Assembly: GCA_036266195.1 (NCBI GenBank)
Contig: DATANP010000366.1
Location: 1-59,882, forward strand
Origin: Thermoanaerobaculia bacterium
Lineage (GTDB): Bacteria; Acidobacteriota; Thermoanaerobaculia; Multivoradales; UBA5704
Reading direction: 5' to 3'
Length of the DNA stretch: 59,882 bases
Each line of letters starts with the position of its first letter. Position 1 is the stretch's first letter. A program made the translations under genes and the position numbers. The notes below the pieces were generated by a model that did no database searches, was not told where the DNA came from, and saw only the letters and a program-made list of their open reading frames with translations. Below, piece by piece: positions 1-9,831 of this stretch.

Positions 1-9
1 TTCGGCGAG

Positions 10-57
10 AAGGACGTCAAGGACGACAAGGACGGCAAGGACGACAAGAAAAAGGAC
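10..57 (+). repeat. 9-bp tandem repeat AAGGACNNC (4 good units plus degenerate tail), in frame as KDx repeats
   Basis: aaggacgtc aaggacgac aaggacggc aaggacgac aagaaaaag gac read directly. The same AAGGAC 9-mer periodicity occurs at 6999-7090, 36915-36966 and 40031-40079. Confidence 0.85.
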
Positions 58-889
58 GAGGAGCAGGAGCCCCGGGTGCCGCTGCTTACGCCGGACGAGG
101 AGGCCTGGGTTCGCGAGGGCGGCCGGCTGGTGGTGGCGTTCTCGCATTTCTACGGCCCGGCGATGACGCGGAACCTCGTGGGCCGGCAGCCGGTTCGAAA
201 GGTTTTTCCGATCTGGCCGGGCGCGACCCACGTGGTGCCGCCCATGATCCGCGGACTCGACGTGCCCGCGCTGCCGGCGGCCCATGCGGTGTTCCTGGCG
301 GGCGACTCGGCCCTGATCCTCCGGCAGCCGCTCGGCAAGGGCGAGCTTGTCCTTCTGGCCTGCCCCGAGGTTCTGAGCAACAAATATCTCGGGCAGTCCG
401 GGCACCTGGCACTGTTGGAAGCCCTGGCCGGAGTCGGAGAGCGCCGGCCGGTGCTGTTCGACGAGCGGGCCCATGGGCTGGCCGACTCGGGCGGCGTCGT
501 GACAACCCTTTCGGAGTGGGGTCTCGGACCGCTCCTTCTGCTCGGCCTTCTCGCCACGGGCGCGGCGTTCTGGCGTGGTTCGGCGCGGCTCGGGCCGGCG
601 GACCGCGAGGAGCGCGACAGCCGCTCGGATGCGGTGGAATTGCTGGATTCCCTGGCGGACCTCTACGACCGCGCGCTCCACCGTGGCGACGCCGTCCGCC
701 TTTATTACGAGAGCTTCCTCCATACCCTCGCGGTGGAGACCGGCCTGCGTGGGCGCGCGCTCGACGAGCGGGCTGCCAGGCTGCTCGACGGTTTCGCTCC
801 ACCTGCGGGAGAGGATCTCTCGCGCGAGCGCTTCGATCAGGCGCTGCGAACGATCAATCAGGCCTTCAGGAGAGTATCGGAGGTAAAGC

Positions 890-1863
<974 letters not shown>

Positions 1864-1867
<4 letters not shown>

Positions 1868-3195
1868 GACCCGGCCGGTTGCTGATCCGTGCGCTCCTCG
1901 GCCTCTGCCTGGCCGCGCTGCTGGTGCCGTTCGTGCCGGCGCTCGTCTGGATTCTGGGCCTGGGGCTCGCGGCGATCCTGGCGATGGCGCTCCTCGAAGC
2001 CTTGGAGCTGCGCCGGTTGACAGTCACCGCGGAGCGGCCGAAGGCGTGGGTCCTCTCGCTGGACGAGGACGAGGTCCTGGCGCTGCGGATCACCACCTCG
2101 GCGCGCCGGCCCGTCTCGCTCACGGTCCGCCAGGTCTGGCCGCGGCTTCTGGAGCAGCCGTCGAGCGTGTTCCAGGGCGTCTGCCGGCCGGGTGAGGTTC
2201 TCGCGCCCGAGGCGCAGGTCCGGGCGGTGGCCCGCGGCGGCGCCACGCTGGAGCCGCCCTGGGCCTCGGCCACGTTCGATGGCTGGATGGAGCGCTCGCT
2301 CCCGGCCGCGGTCCGCTCGACCGAAGGCGAGCCCGTCTCCGCCACGGAGATCACGGTGCTGCCCAACCTGCGGGCGGTGAAACGGCTGCGGGGAAGGCTC
2401 GACCGTCTCTTTCTGCAAGGTTTTGGCAGCCGCGCGGCGCCGCGCCTGGGCAAGGGCCGCGATTTCGACCGCCTGCGCGAATATGTGATCGGCGACGACC
2501 TGCGCGACGTGGCCTGGAAGGCCTCGGCCCGGCATCGCAAGCTCATCACACGCGAGTATCGGCTCGACCGCTCGCAGGACATCCTGATCTGCCTCGACCG
2601 CGGGCACCGGATGGCCGCCCGCGTCGCGCACGTGACGCGCCTCGACCACGCCGTCAACGCCGCGGTGCTCCTCGCTTCGATCTGCAACCGCATGGAAGAT
2701 CGATTCGGCCTGCTCTCCTTCGCCGACTCCGTGGAACAGGGCCTGGCACAGGGGCGCGGCCCGGGCCATCTGCGCAAGATCACCGGCTATGCGGCCGGCA
2801 TCATGCCCGAGTATCTCCACACCGACTATCTCGCGCTGGGTGCCCATCTGCGGAGGCGGCTGCACAGCCGCGCACTGGTGCTGATCCTCACCGCCCTGCC
2901 CGAGCTCGAAGGCGAAGGAGAGATCGTGCGCGCGGTCGAGATGCTCGTGCCGCAGCACCTGCCCGTGGTGATCGTTTTTTCCGACCCGGCCATGGCTGCG
3001 GCAGCCAACTTCCTGCCCGAGGACAAGCCCGAGCTCTGCCGCACGCTGGTGGCGCGGGACCTCTGGCTGGAGCGCCGCAAGGTGCTGGCGGAGCTGCGCC
3101 GGCGGGGCGCGCTCGTGGCCGAGACCGCGCCCGGCGACGCCGGCCTTCAGGCCGTCAACAGCTATCTCGAGGTCAAGCGGAGGCAGCTCCTCTGA
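1864..3195 (+). CDS. DUF58 (vWA-like) domain protein
   Basis: Diagnostic stretch GKGRDFDRLREYVIGDDLRDVAWKASARHRKLITREY, two N-terminal TM helices, and a GTGA start/stop overlap with MoxR. Confidence 0.88.
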
Positions 3196-4202
3196 TGCCG
3201 ATGGATATCGATCGCTTCGTCGAGGAACGCAAGGACCACTGGCGCCGCCTGGAAGAGCTGCTCGACCGCGCCGAGCAGCTCACCGAGCGCGATCTGGGCC
3301 CGGAGGGCATGCGCGACATCCTCCGTCTCTACCGGCTGACCTCGTCGGATCTGAACCAGGCGCGCTCGCTGACCGCCGATCCCGAGGTGCTGGAGCGGCT
3401 GAACGCGCTGGCCGGCCGTGGCTATCGATTCATCTATCGCTCGCGCAAGTCCGGCCTGGCCGAAGCCCTGCGGCGCTTCGGTCGATTCCTTTCTTTTGAC
3501 GTGCCCGAAGCCTATCGTCAGGAGGCCTGGTCCGTAGGCGTGGCCGCCGCCGCGCTGCTGCTCGGCGCGCTCTTCGGGTTCCTCGCCGTGATGGCCCGTC
3601 CCAGCACTGCCGAGGATCTGATTCCGGAAGAGTTTTTCACGCAGAGTCCGAAGGAGCGGGTGGAAGAGATCGAAAAGCAGGAGGAACGCATCGCCACCGT
3701 CGACGACGCGGCCCTCTTCGGAGCCCAGCTCTACACGCACAACATCCGGGTTTCGTTTCTCGCGTTCAGCCTGTCGGCCGTGAGCCTGGTGCTCGGAGTC
3801 TGGATCCTCTTCTTCAACGGCAGCCTGCTGGGAGCCGTGGCAGCCACCTACATGATGGACGGCGTGAGCACCTTTTTCTTTGCCTGGGTCGGGCCGCACG
3901 GAGCGCTGGAGCTGCCCTCGATCGTCTTTGCCGGAGCCGCCGGCCTGGTGGCGGGCCGCGCGCTCTTCTTCCCCGGCAATCTCTCGCGCGGCGCGTCGCT
4001 ACGCCGGGTCTTTCCCAAAGTCTGGAGGATGATGGTCGGAGTGATGCTCTTCCTGGTGGTCGCCGGTCTGATCGAAGGCTCGTTCTCGCAGTTCTCCGCG
4101 AAGACCGTGCCTTACTCGCTCAAGATCGCCGTGGCCGTGGTCCTCCACATGGCCCTGCTCGCCTACCTGTTCGTGCCGCGGCGCCAGGAGGCCGGGACGT
4201 GA
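3195..4202 (+). CDS. SpoIIM-like (DUF95) integral membrane protein
   Basis: About 5 hydrophobic segments, a GPHGALELPSIVFAG motif resembling the HGxxElP signature of the family, a TGATG overlap with DUF58, and a conserved position in MoxR/DUF58/RDD neighbourhoods. Confidence 0.7.
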   Translation: MPMDIDRFVEERKDHWRRLEELLDRAEQLTERDLGPEGMRDILRLYRLTSSDLNQARSLTADPEVLERLNALAGRGYRFIYRSRKSGLAEALRRFGRFLSFDVPEAYRQEAWSVGVAAAALLLGALFGFLAVMARPSTAEDLIPEEFFTQSPKERVEEIEKQEERIATVDDAALFGAQLYTHNIRVSFLAFSLSAVSLVLGVWILFFNGSLLGAVAATYMMDGVSTFFFAWVGPHGALELPSIVFAGAAGLVAGRALFFPGNLSRGASLRRVFPKVWRMMVGVMLFLVVAGLIEGSFSQFSAKTVPYSLKIAVAVVLHMALLAYLFVPRRQEAGT

Positions 4203-4222
4203 ACGGCCGCCGCGGCGATCGA
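4196..4222 (+). repeat. Left copy of 27-bp direct repeat flanking a ~430-bp insertion
   Basis: gacgtgaacggccgccgcggcgatcga here versus gacatgaacggccgccgcggcgagcga at 4651-4677 (25/27 identical). Confidence 0.9.
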
Positions 4223-4238
4223 ATCCAGCTCATGATGA

Positions 4239-4574
4239 TCAGTAGCCAAGCTTCTGATCCTCGAGGTCGACCTCTTCTGCCTTACGTCTGGCAAACTCTT
4301 CGCTCGTCGACATCAGCCCGCGTCCAACACCCATTACCTTCTCGAGTCGAGCGCTGCGCTCTTCGGGAGAGAGATCCTGGAATGGCCGCGGATCTCTTGC
4401 AAGCTCGCTGGCCAAGGCCGCCATACGCCCCTGCCCATGGGGTTTGCGGCCCTCTTCCAACTCGTTTGGCACGAGCACGATCAATTCCACCGGTCCGGAG
4501 CGGATCGATTGCGGGAACTCGATCATTGCCCGGTGATCCTCCGGGACCACCACGCGCATTCTATGTGCTTCCAT
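4239..4574 (-). CDS. Small hypothetical protein (111 aa), possibly antitoxin-like, carried on the insertion
   Basis: ATG at 4574 preceded by aaagagg 8 nt upstream. Product MEAHRMRVVVPEDHRAMIEFPQSIRSGPVELIVLVP...STSEEFARRKAEEVDLEDQKLGY. The long 4239..4994 ORF version overlaps the RDD gene and is rejected. Lower GC than the flanks. The functional call is only a loose resemblance to small DNA-binding antitoxins. Confidence 0.5.
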   Translation of the reverse strand: MEAHRMRVVVPEDHRAMIEFPQSIRSGPVELIVLVPNELEEGRKPHGQGRMAALASELARDPRPFQDLSPEERSARLEKVMGVGRGLMSTSEEFARRKAEEVDLEDQKLGY

Positions 4575-4650
4575 CGCTGGACCTCTTTCCATGCCGTTAT
4601 TCACGACTCCCCAGGATGGTACCACGACACGCCAAGGCGATAGGAGCGCG

Positions 4651-4677
4651 GACATGAACGGCCGCCGCGGCGAGCGA
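4651..4677 (+). repeat. Right copy of 27-bp direct repeat (contains the functional RDD start)
   Basis: See 4196-4222. This copy carries ATG4654, preceded by AGGAG 7 nt upstream. Confidence 0.9.
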
Positions 4678-5403
4678 CTGATCCTGACGCCGGAGCACGT
4701 GCCGATCCGGCTGGCTCCGGCAGGACTGGGGAGCCGGTTCCTGGCGCTTCTCGTGGATGTAACGATCATCCTGGGCGTGGCGGCCGGGATCAACGGAGTC
4801 CTCCAGAAGGTGCTCAGCCAGGGCATGGCGCAGGCCGCCGCGGCCACGATCGGGTTCGTGCTGTTCACGGGGTACCCGATCTGGTTCGAGCTGCGCCACC
4901 AGGGCCGTACGCCCGGCAAGCGGGTCTTCCGCCTGCGGGTGGTGGACGGCCGGGGCCTGCCGATCACCCTGGAGCAGTCCTTCGTGCGCAACATCCTGCG
5001 GGCGCTCGATTTCGCGCCCGCTTTCTACGGTGTGGGGGGCCTCGTCTCGCTGTTCGACCGGGACCGCCGCCGGCTCGGCGATATCCTGGCGGACACGCTG
5101 GTGGTCCACGAGCGCGCTCCGCTGAGCCCGCAGGGACGCATCCGCCTGGAGCGCCGGTTCAACACCCTGCGCACCCCGGCCGCCCTGGGCCGCATCCGCC
5201 AGAGAGTGAGCCTGGAAGAGCGCGAGCTTCTCCTGACTCTCTGCCTGCGCGCCGATCGCCTGAAGGAGAGCGCCCGCTACGACCTCATGGAGGAGGTCGG
5301 CTCCTACTACCGCGAACGCCTGGAGATCGACGCGCCGCAACTCTCGAACGAAAACCTGGTGCGGGACCTGACGGCGGTGCTGTACGGGGTCGGCGAGGGG
5401 TAA
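4654..5403 (+). CDS. RDD family membrane protein
   Basis: MNGRRGERLILTPEHVPIRLAPAGLGSRFLALLVD..., two TM segments and RTPGKRVFRLRVVDGRG typical of RDD proteins. Start chosen at ATG4654 (good RBS) rather than 4591. Confidence 0.8.
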   Translation: MNGRRGERLILTPEHVPIRLAPAGLGSRFLALLVDVTIILGVAAGINGVLQKVLSQGMAQAAAATIGFVLFTGYPIWFELRHQGRTPGKRVFRLRVVDGRGLPITLEQSFVRNILRALDFAPAFYGVGGLVSLFDRDRRRLGDILADTLVVHERAPLSPQGRIRLERRFNTLRTPAALGRIRQRVSLEERELLLTLCLRADRLKESARYDLMEEVGSYYRERLEIDAPQLSNENLVRDLTAVLYGVGEG

Positions 5404-5618
5404 GCCCCCAGAGGGTTGCCATCCGGCGCGAAATGTGGCATCCTACGGACTCCTGGCGAGACGCCAGACCGAAACTCATGGAGCCTCCCGGCTCCTGACG
5501 GCGGCCTCGCCGGCTTAGTCCTCCGTCCACTCTTCCCAAAATCCAGCCGGAAACGTCCGAGCCCGCGTGCTCCTGGCTTTCGAGCCTTGCGCGGCGCTTA
5601 GAAAGAACATGTGCACTC

Positions 5619-6992
5619 TTGACGAGATTCTCTGACTTCAACCTCCACCTGAGCCTGCAGCGCGCCGTCGCGGATCTTGGCTTCACCCAGCCGACCCCCA
5701 TCCAGAAGGACGGCATCCCGCCGGCCCTGGAAGGCCGCGACGTGCTGGGCTGCGCCATGACCGGCAGCGGTAAGACGGCGGCGTTTCTCCTGCCGATCCT
5801 GCAGCGCCTCCTGAGCACGCCGAAACGGGGTGTCACCCGCGCCCTGATCCTCGCGCCCACGCGCGAGTTGGCGGCCCAGATCGTGGAGGTCTTCCACGAC
5901 CTCGCGAAGCACACTCCGCTCAAGGCCGCGGCCATCTATGGCGGCGTGGGCATGGAGCCCCAGGAGAAGGCTCTGCGCCGCGGCGTGGACGTCGTCGTCG
6001 CCTGCCCGGGCCGGCTGCTCGACCACTTCCAGTATCCCTATGCCCGTCTTGAAGCGCTGGAAGTCCTGGTGCTCGACGAGGCCGACCGGATGCTCGACAT
6101 GGGCTTCCTGCCGGACATCAAGCGGGTGCTCAAGCACCTGCCGAAGGTGTCCCAGACACTCCTCTTCTCCGCCACCATGCCGCCGGCGATCCGCGATCTC
6201 GCCCGCCAGCTCCTCAACAATCCCGTGTCGCTCAACGTGGAGCGGCCGGCCGCGCCGGCCACGGGCGTGCGCCAGGAGCTTTTCCCGGTGCGCCAGGACC
6301 TCAAGTCGGCGCTGCTGCTGGAGCTGCTCCGCCGGGGCGACGGCATCGAGAGTGCGCTGGTCTTCACCCGCACCAAGCACCGGGCGAACCGCCTGGCGGA
6401 CTACCTCAGCCGTCATGGCGTCGCCTGCGAGCGAGTCCACGGCAACCGCAGTCAGGCGCAGCGCACCCAGGCGCTCGCCGGGTTCAAGAGCGGCCAGTAC
6501 AAGGTCCTCGTGGCCACGGACGTGGCGGCCCGCGGCATCGACATCGAGGCGCTCTCCCACGTGGTGAACTTCGACGTGCCGAACGTCCCGGAGGACTACA
6601 TCCACCGGGTCGGCCGCACGGCGCGCGCCGGCGCCACTGGCGAGGCCTTCACCTTCGTGTCTCCGGACGAGGAAGGCGAGCTTCGCGCCATCGAGCGCGC
6701 GGTCGGCAAGACCCTGCCGCGTCGCAAGCTCGACGGCTTCAACTACGACTCGAAGCCGGCCGAGCGCCTGGAGATCCCGATCCAGGAGCGGATCGCGGAG
6801 ATCCGCGCCCGCAAGGCCGACGAGCGGGCTCGCGCCAAGGCCAAGGCCGAGCGCAAGGCGACCAACGAGGCGGCCCGGAGCGCGGCTCCCGCCCAGACCC
6901 CGGCGCGCCATCCGGGGGTTCGTTTGCGCAGCTCCGATCTGCAGCAGCCGCAGGCGGCGGTGCCGAACCGCAACCGGCGCCGCCGGCGGTAG
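5619..6992 (+). CDS. DEAD-box ATP-dependent RNA helicase (RhlE-like, basic C-terminal tail)
   Basis: Q motif region GFTQPTPIQ, motif I AMTGSGKTAAF, PTRELA, DEAD (VLDEADRM), SAT, VATDVAARGIDI, HRVGRTARAG, and an Arg-rich tail. TTG start at 5619 is inferred and the RBS is weak. Confidence 0.93.
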   Translation: MTRFSDFNLHLSLQRAVADLGFTQPTPIQKDGIPPALEGRDVLGCAMTGSGKTAAFLLPILQRLLSTPKRGVTRALILAPTRELAAQIVEVFHDLAKHTPLKAAAIYGGVGMEPQEKALRRGVDVVVACPGRLLDHFQYPYARLEALEVLVLDEADRMLDMGFLPDIKRVLKHLPKVSQTLLFSATMPPAIRDLARQLLNNPVSLNVERPAAPATGVRQELFPVRQDLKSALLLELLRRGDGIESALVFTRTKHRANRLADYLSRHGVACERVHGNRSQAQRTQALAGFKSGQYKVLVATDVAARGIDIEALSHVVNFDVPNVPEDYIHRVGRTARAGATGEAFTFVSPDEEGELRAIERAVGKTLPRRKLDGFNYDSKPAERLEIPIQERIAEIRARKADERARAKAKAERKATNEAARSAAPAQTPARHPGVRLRSSDLQQPQAAVPNRNRRRRR

Positions 6993-6998
6993 GGCTCG

Positions 6999-7090
6999 CA
7001 AAAGGACCCAAGGGACACAAGGGACTTAGGGGACAGCAGGAGATATCCTCGCTGTCCTCGAGGTCCTTTATGTCCTTGCAGTCCCTGGAG
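6999..7090. repeat. Imperfect palindromic element built from AAGGAC 9-10-mers (REP/terminator-like)
   Basis: Left arm 7001-7037 aaaggacccaagggacacaagggacttaggggacagc, centre around gatatc (7042-7047), right arm 7051-7088 gctgtcctcgaggtcctttatgtccttgcagtccctgg. The arms pair at about 26/37. It starts 7 nt after the helicase stop. Confidence 0.8.
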
Positions 7091-7096
7091 AACCCT

Positions 7097-8809
7097 ATGC
7101 GCTTATGGCCCGTGCTGCTCCTGCTGACCGCCGCTCCCGCCTGGGCTGACTTCGTGGAGATCCCGGGCGGCAAGCTCTGGTACGAATCGCGCGGCGAAGG
7201 CCCTCCGCTGGTCCTGCTCCACGACGGCTTCGCCTCCAGCGGGACGTGGGACGACCAGATGCCCGCGTTCGCCCGGCTTTTCCGGACGATCCGCTACGAC
7301 CGGCGCGGGTACGGGAAGTCAGAGTCCAACCAGGAGCCCTACTCCCACCTCGACGACCTCGCGACCTTTCTCGGCGTCCTGAAGATCGACCGCGCCGTGC
7401 TGGTCGGCTGCGACAACGGCGCGCGGCTCGCGCTCGACTACGCACTCGCGCATCCCGACCGGGTGAGCGCGCTGGTCCTTTCGGGACCGGTGGTGAGCGG
7501 CCTCCCCTTCTCCGAGCACTTCACGCGGCGCGGCACCGGCAACTTCAAGCCCATGTTCCAGAACCAGGACGTGGCGGGCCTGATCGAAGCCTGGGTCCAG
7601 GACCCGTACGAGACCGATCCGGCCAACACGCGAGCCCGCGAACGCCTCCGCGAGCTGCTCAAGACCTCCGCGAGCCCGCTGACCATGGGCTTCCCGGACA
7701 GCCGGCCGCCGGACAAGCCAGCGGCAGGCCGTCTCGGCGAGGTCCGCGTCCCGACGCTGATCGTGGTGGGTGCATCAGATATCGCGGACATCCATGCTCA
7801 GGCCGGCGTTCTGGAGGCCGGCATCCCGGGCGCCCGCCGGGTGGTGCTCGCCGGAGCCGGACATCTCGCGCACCTCGAAAAACCGGAGCTGTTCAACGAG
7901 ACGGTTCTCACGTTCCTGCGGCCGGACGACGCCGCGGCCTCCTATCTAAAATCGCTGGCGGGAGACCGCATGTTCGAGCAGAGCCGCGGCCTGTTCGATT
8001 ACGATCGATCAGCGCCACTCGACATCAAGGAAGCCGGAACGGAGATGCGCGGCCAGGTCCGCGTGATCGATCTTTCCTACGCCAGTCCTCTGGGCGGCAG
8101 GGTGCCCGCCTGGCTCGTGCTGCCGGCCGGCAATGGAAAGCATCCGGCCGCGGTCTGGATGCACCCGGGCCAGGGCGACCGCTCGACATTCCTGGACGAG
8201 GCCGTGGCGATGGCCGGCCGAGGCCTGGTTTCGCTCCTGGTCGGAGGACCGTTCACCCGTCCGGAGAACCCAAGAGGCGGTAACCCGTGGGACCCGGAGA
8301 CGAGCCGCAAGGAGCAGGTGCAGGGAATCGTGGACGTGCGACGCGGCTTCGACCTGCTCGCCGCGCGGCCCGAGGTGGACCCGAAGCGGATGGCCTACGT
8401 GGGCCACAGCTACGGCGCCACGATCGGCGGCACCCTGGCGGCCGTGGAGCGGCGGCCGATCGCACACGTGCTCATGGCGGGCTTTCCCTCTCTCACCCAC
8501 TCCTGGACGGATGGCCACAACCAGCAGGCCGTCGCCTTCCAAACCCTGCTGCCCCGCGAAGGCCAGGAGGCCTATGTAAAAGCTCTGGCCCCGGTGGACG
8601 CAGTGCATTACGTCGGCCACGTGGCCCCCGCGAAATTATTTTTTCAATTCGCCAGGCACGACGAATTCATCAGCGAGTGGGACGCGGCGGTCTATGTGCA
8701 GGCGGCGAGCGAGCCCAAGGAGGTGAAGTGGTACGACAGCGATCACTTCTTCAACGAGGAGGCGCGCAGGGACAGGGACGAATGGCTGGCGAAGGTGCTG
8801 GGGCTGTAG
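7097..8809 (+). CDS. Secreted two-domain alpha/beta hydrolase (N-terminal Asp-nucleophile-type fold fused to a Ser hydrolase of dienelactone hydrolase/S9 type)
   Basis: Signal peptide MRLWPVLLLLTAAPAWA after GGAGAA. N-terminal domain has LVLLHDGFASSG ... VLVGCDNGARLA (GxDxG where GxSxG is expected). C-terminal domain has YVGHSYGATIGG (GxSxG). The upstream ATG7070 lies inside the palindromic repeat and is not preferred. Confidence 0.8.
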   Translation: MRLWPVLLLLTAAPAWADFVEIPGGKLWYESRGEGPPLVLLHDGFASSGTWDDQMPAFARLFRTIRYDRRGYGKSESNQEPYSHLDDLATFLGVLKIDRAVLVGCDNGARLALDYALAHPDRVSALVLSGPVVSGLPFSEHFTRRGTGNFKPMFQNQDVAGLIEAWVQDPYETDPANTRARERLRELLKTSASPLTMGFPDSRPPDKPAAGRLGEVRVPTLIVVGASDIADIHAQAGVLEAGIPGARRVVLAGAGHLAHLEKPELFNETVLTFLRPDDAAASYLKSLAGDRMFEQSRGLFDYDRSAPLDIKEAGTEMRGQVRVIDLSYASPLGGRVPAWLVLPAGNGKHPAAVWMHPGQGDRSTFLDEAVAMAGRGLVSLLVGGPFTRPENPRGGNPWDPETSRKEQVQGIVDVRRGFDLLAARPEVDPKRMAYVGHSYGATIGGTLAAVERRPIAHVLMAGFPSLTHSWTDGHNQQAVAFQTLLPREGQEAYVKALAPVDAVHYVGHVAPAKLFFQFARHDEFISEWDAAVYVQAASEPKEVKWYDSDHFFNEEARRDRDEWLAKVLGL

Positions 8810-8810
8810 G

Positions 8811-9317
8811 TCACCGCCAGGCGAAGCGCGGCTGCTCGTAGTGATCAACCCGGGTGGCCCTGCCATGCACGGCCACCTCGGAGAACTGAAAGAGCACCGC
8901 CGCCGTGGGCGCGTAGAGCAGGCCCTTCGGCAGCGAGAGCGCCAGCACAGGACGGCCGCTTTCCGGTCCCGGTTCCAGCACGATCCGGTCGGGCATCAGC
9001 AGCTCGACCGGCAGGAGATGGATCGAGGCGACCTCCCGCGGATCGGGTTTGAGGACGGCCTCGGCGCTCCCCCACACCACCACCGGTGTGATCACGAATC
9101 CGGATCGCGTGGGGTAGTCGTCGAGGCAGCCGAGGATGTGCTCGGGCGGCAGGGTGAGCCCGACCTCCTCCTCGAGCTCGCGCAGGGCTGCGGCCTCCGG
9201 AGACTCGCCCGGCTCGCGCCGGCCTCCCGGGCAGGCCCACTGCCCTCCGTGACGACGAAGACCGGCGGCCCGAACTGTGAGCACGACCGAGGCGCGGCCC
9301 TTGGAGTCCGGCATCAC
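8811..9317 (-). CDS. Nudix hydrolase (CoA-pyrophosphatase-like)
   Basis: Nudix box GGRREPGESPEAAALRELEEEVGL. The frame stays open and protein-like upstream to about 9470 (see finding). Convergent with the hydrolase gene, stops 1 nt apart. Confidence 0.85.
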   Translation of the reverse strand: MMPDSKGRASVVLTVRAAGLRRHGGQWACPGGRREPGESPEAAALRELEEEVGLTLPPEHILGCLDDYPTRSGFVITPVVVWGSAEAVLKPDPREVASIHLLPVELLMPDRIVLEPGPESGRPVLALSLPKGLLYAPTAAVLFQFSEVAVHGRATRVDHYEQPRFAWR

Positions 9318-9438
9318 TACGACCGCGACTGCCGCGGAATGCCGCTCGTCGAGCTGAGCGGCGCGCCGCTCGAACCGTCCGAGGTTCGCCGCAAACCGAT
9401 CGCGGAGATCCTTGTCGAAGCGCAGAGAACCTCTCCAG

Positions 9439-9798
9439 CTAGAACAGGCGTTCCAGCGCCCACCCCAGCATCACGACTCCCACCAGTCCCAGACCCGCGA
9501 TGCCAGAGAGGCGCTTCCTGGCTTCCTGGAGGTCCTGCTCTTCGCCGAGCTCGACCAGGCGATCCCAGAGAGAGGGGCTCCGGAGGGTCAGGAGGGCGAG
9601 CAGGCCCGGGCCGAACAGGCCCAGACCCAGCAGGAGAAGACCGATCGGAGGGTTCGGCTCCGGGTTCCTGTCTCCGACGACGATCACCAACAGAGCGATC
9701 ACCACCCAGAGAACCAGCAACACCGAGCGGACCGTCAGGTTGAACGGTCGATACAGACCGAAGCGCATGGCGGCCAAGGGTAGCATGGATGCTTCCAA
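9439..9798 (-). CDS. Small hypothetical membrane protein (3 predicted TM segments)
   Basis: Hydrophobic stretches VLLVLWVVIALLVIVV, IGLLLLGLGLFGPGLLALL and GIAGLGLVGVVMLGWAL. TTG9798 or ATG9786/9768 are possible starts. Same strand as, and between, the cytochrome c and Nudix genes. Confidence 0.55.
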   Translation of the reverse strand: MEASMLPLAAMRFGLYRPFNLTVRSVLLVLWVVIALLVIVVGDRNPEPNPPIGLLLLGLGLFGPGLLALLTLRSPSLWDRLVELGEEQDLQEARKRLSGIAGLGLVGVVMLGWALERLF

Positions 9799-9831
9799 CG
9801 ACTCGTTGGACGCGTCAACCGGAGCGTTGGA

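Noticed and set aside
4199-4657. ORF MNGRRGDRIQLMMISS... on the plus strand.
   Set aside because: It starts in the duplicated left copy of the RDD start and then runs antisense through the small reverse-strand gene. Its composition is not protein-like, and the right-hand repeat copy provides the properly spaced RBS and the true RDD N-terminus.
4575-4994. Long version (251 aa) of the minus-strand ORF 4239-4994.
   Set aside because: The N-terminal 140 codons are antisense to the RDD gene and Arg/Ser/Pro-rich. An internal ATG at 4574 with an RBS gives a compact 111-aa product confined to the lower-GC insert.
5416-5445. TGCCA-N14-TGGCA inverted repeat / possible promoter upstream of the helicase.
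   Set aside because: It matches neither a convincing -35/-10 pair nor the sigma-54 GG-N10-GC spacing. The evidence is too weak to annotate.
7070-7096. ATG7070 (MSLQSLENP) as the start of the hydrolase.
   Set aside because: It lies inside the right arm of the palindromic repeat. ATG7097 has a GGAG-type RBS and starts directly with a signal peptide.
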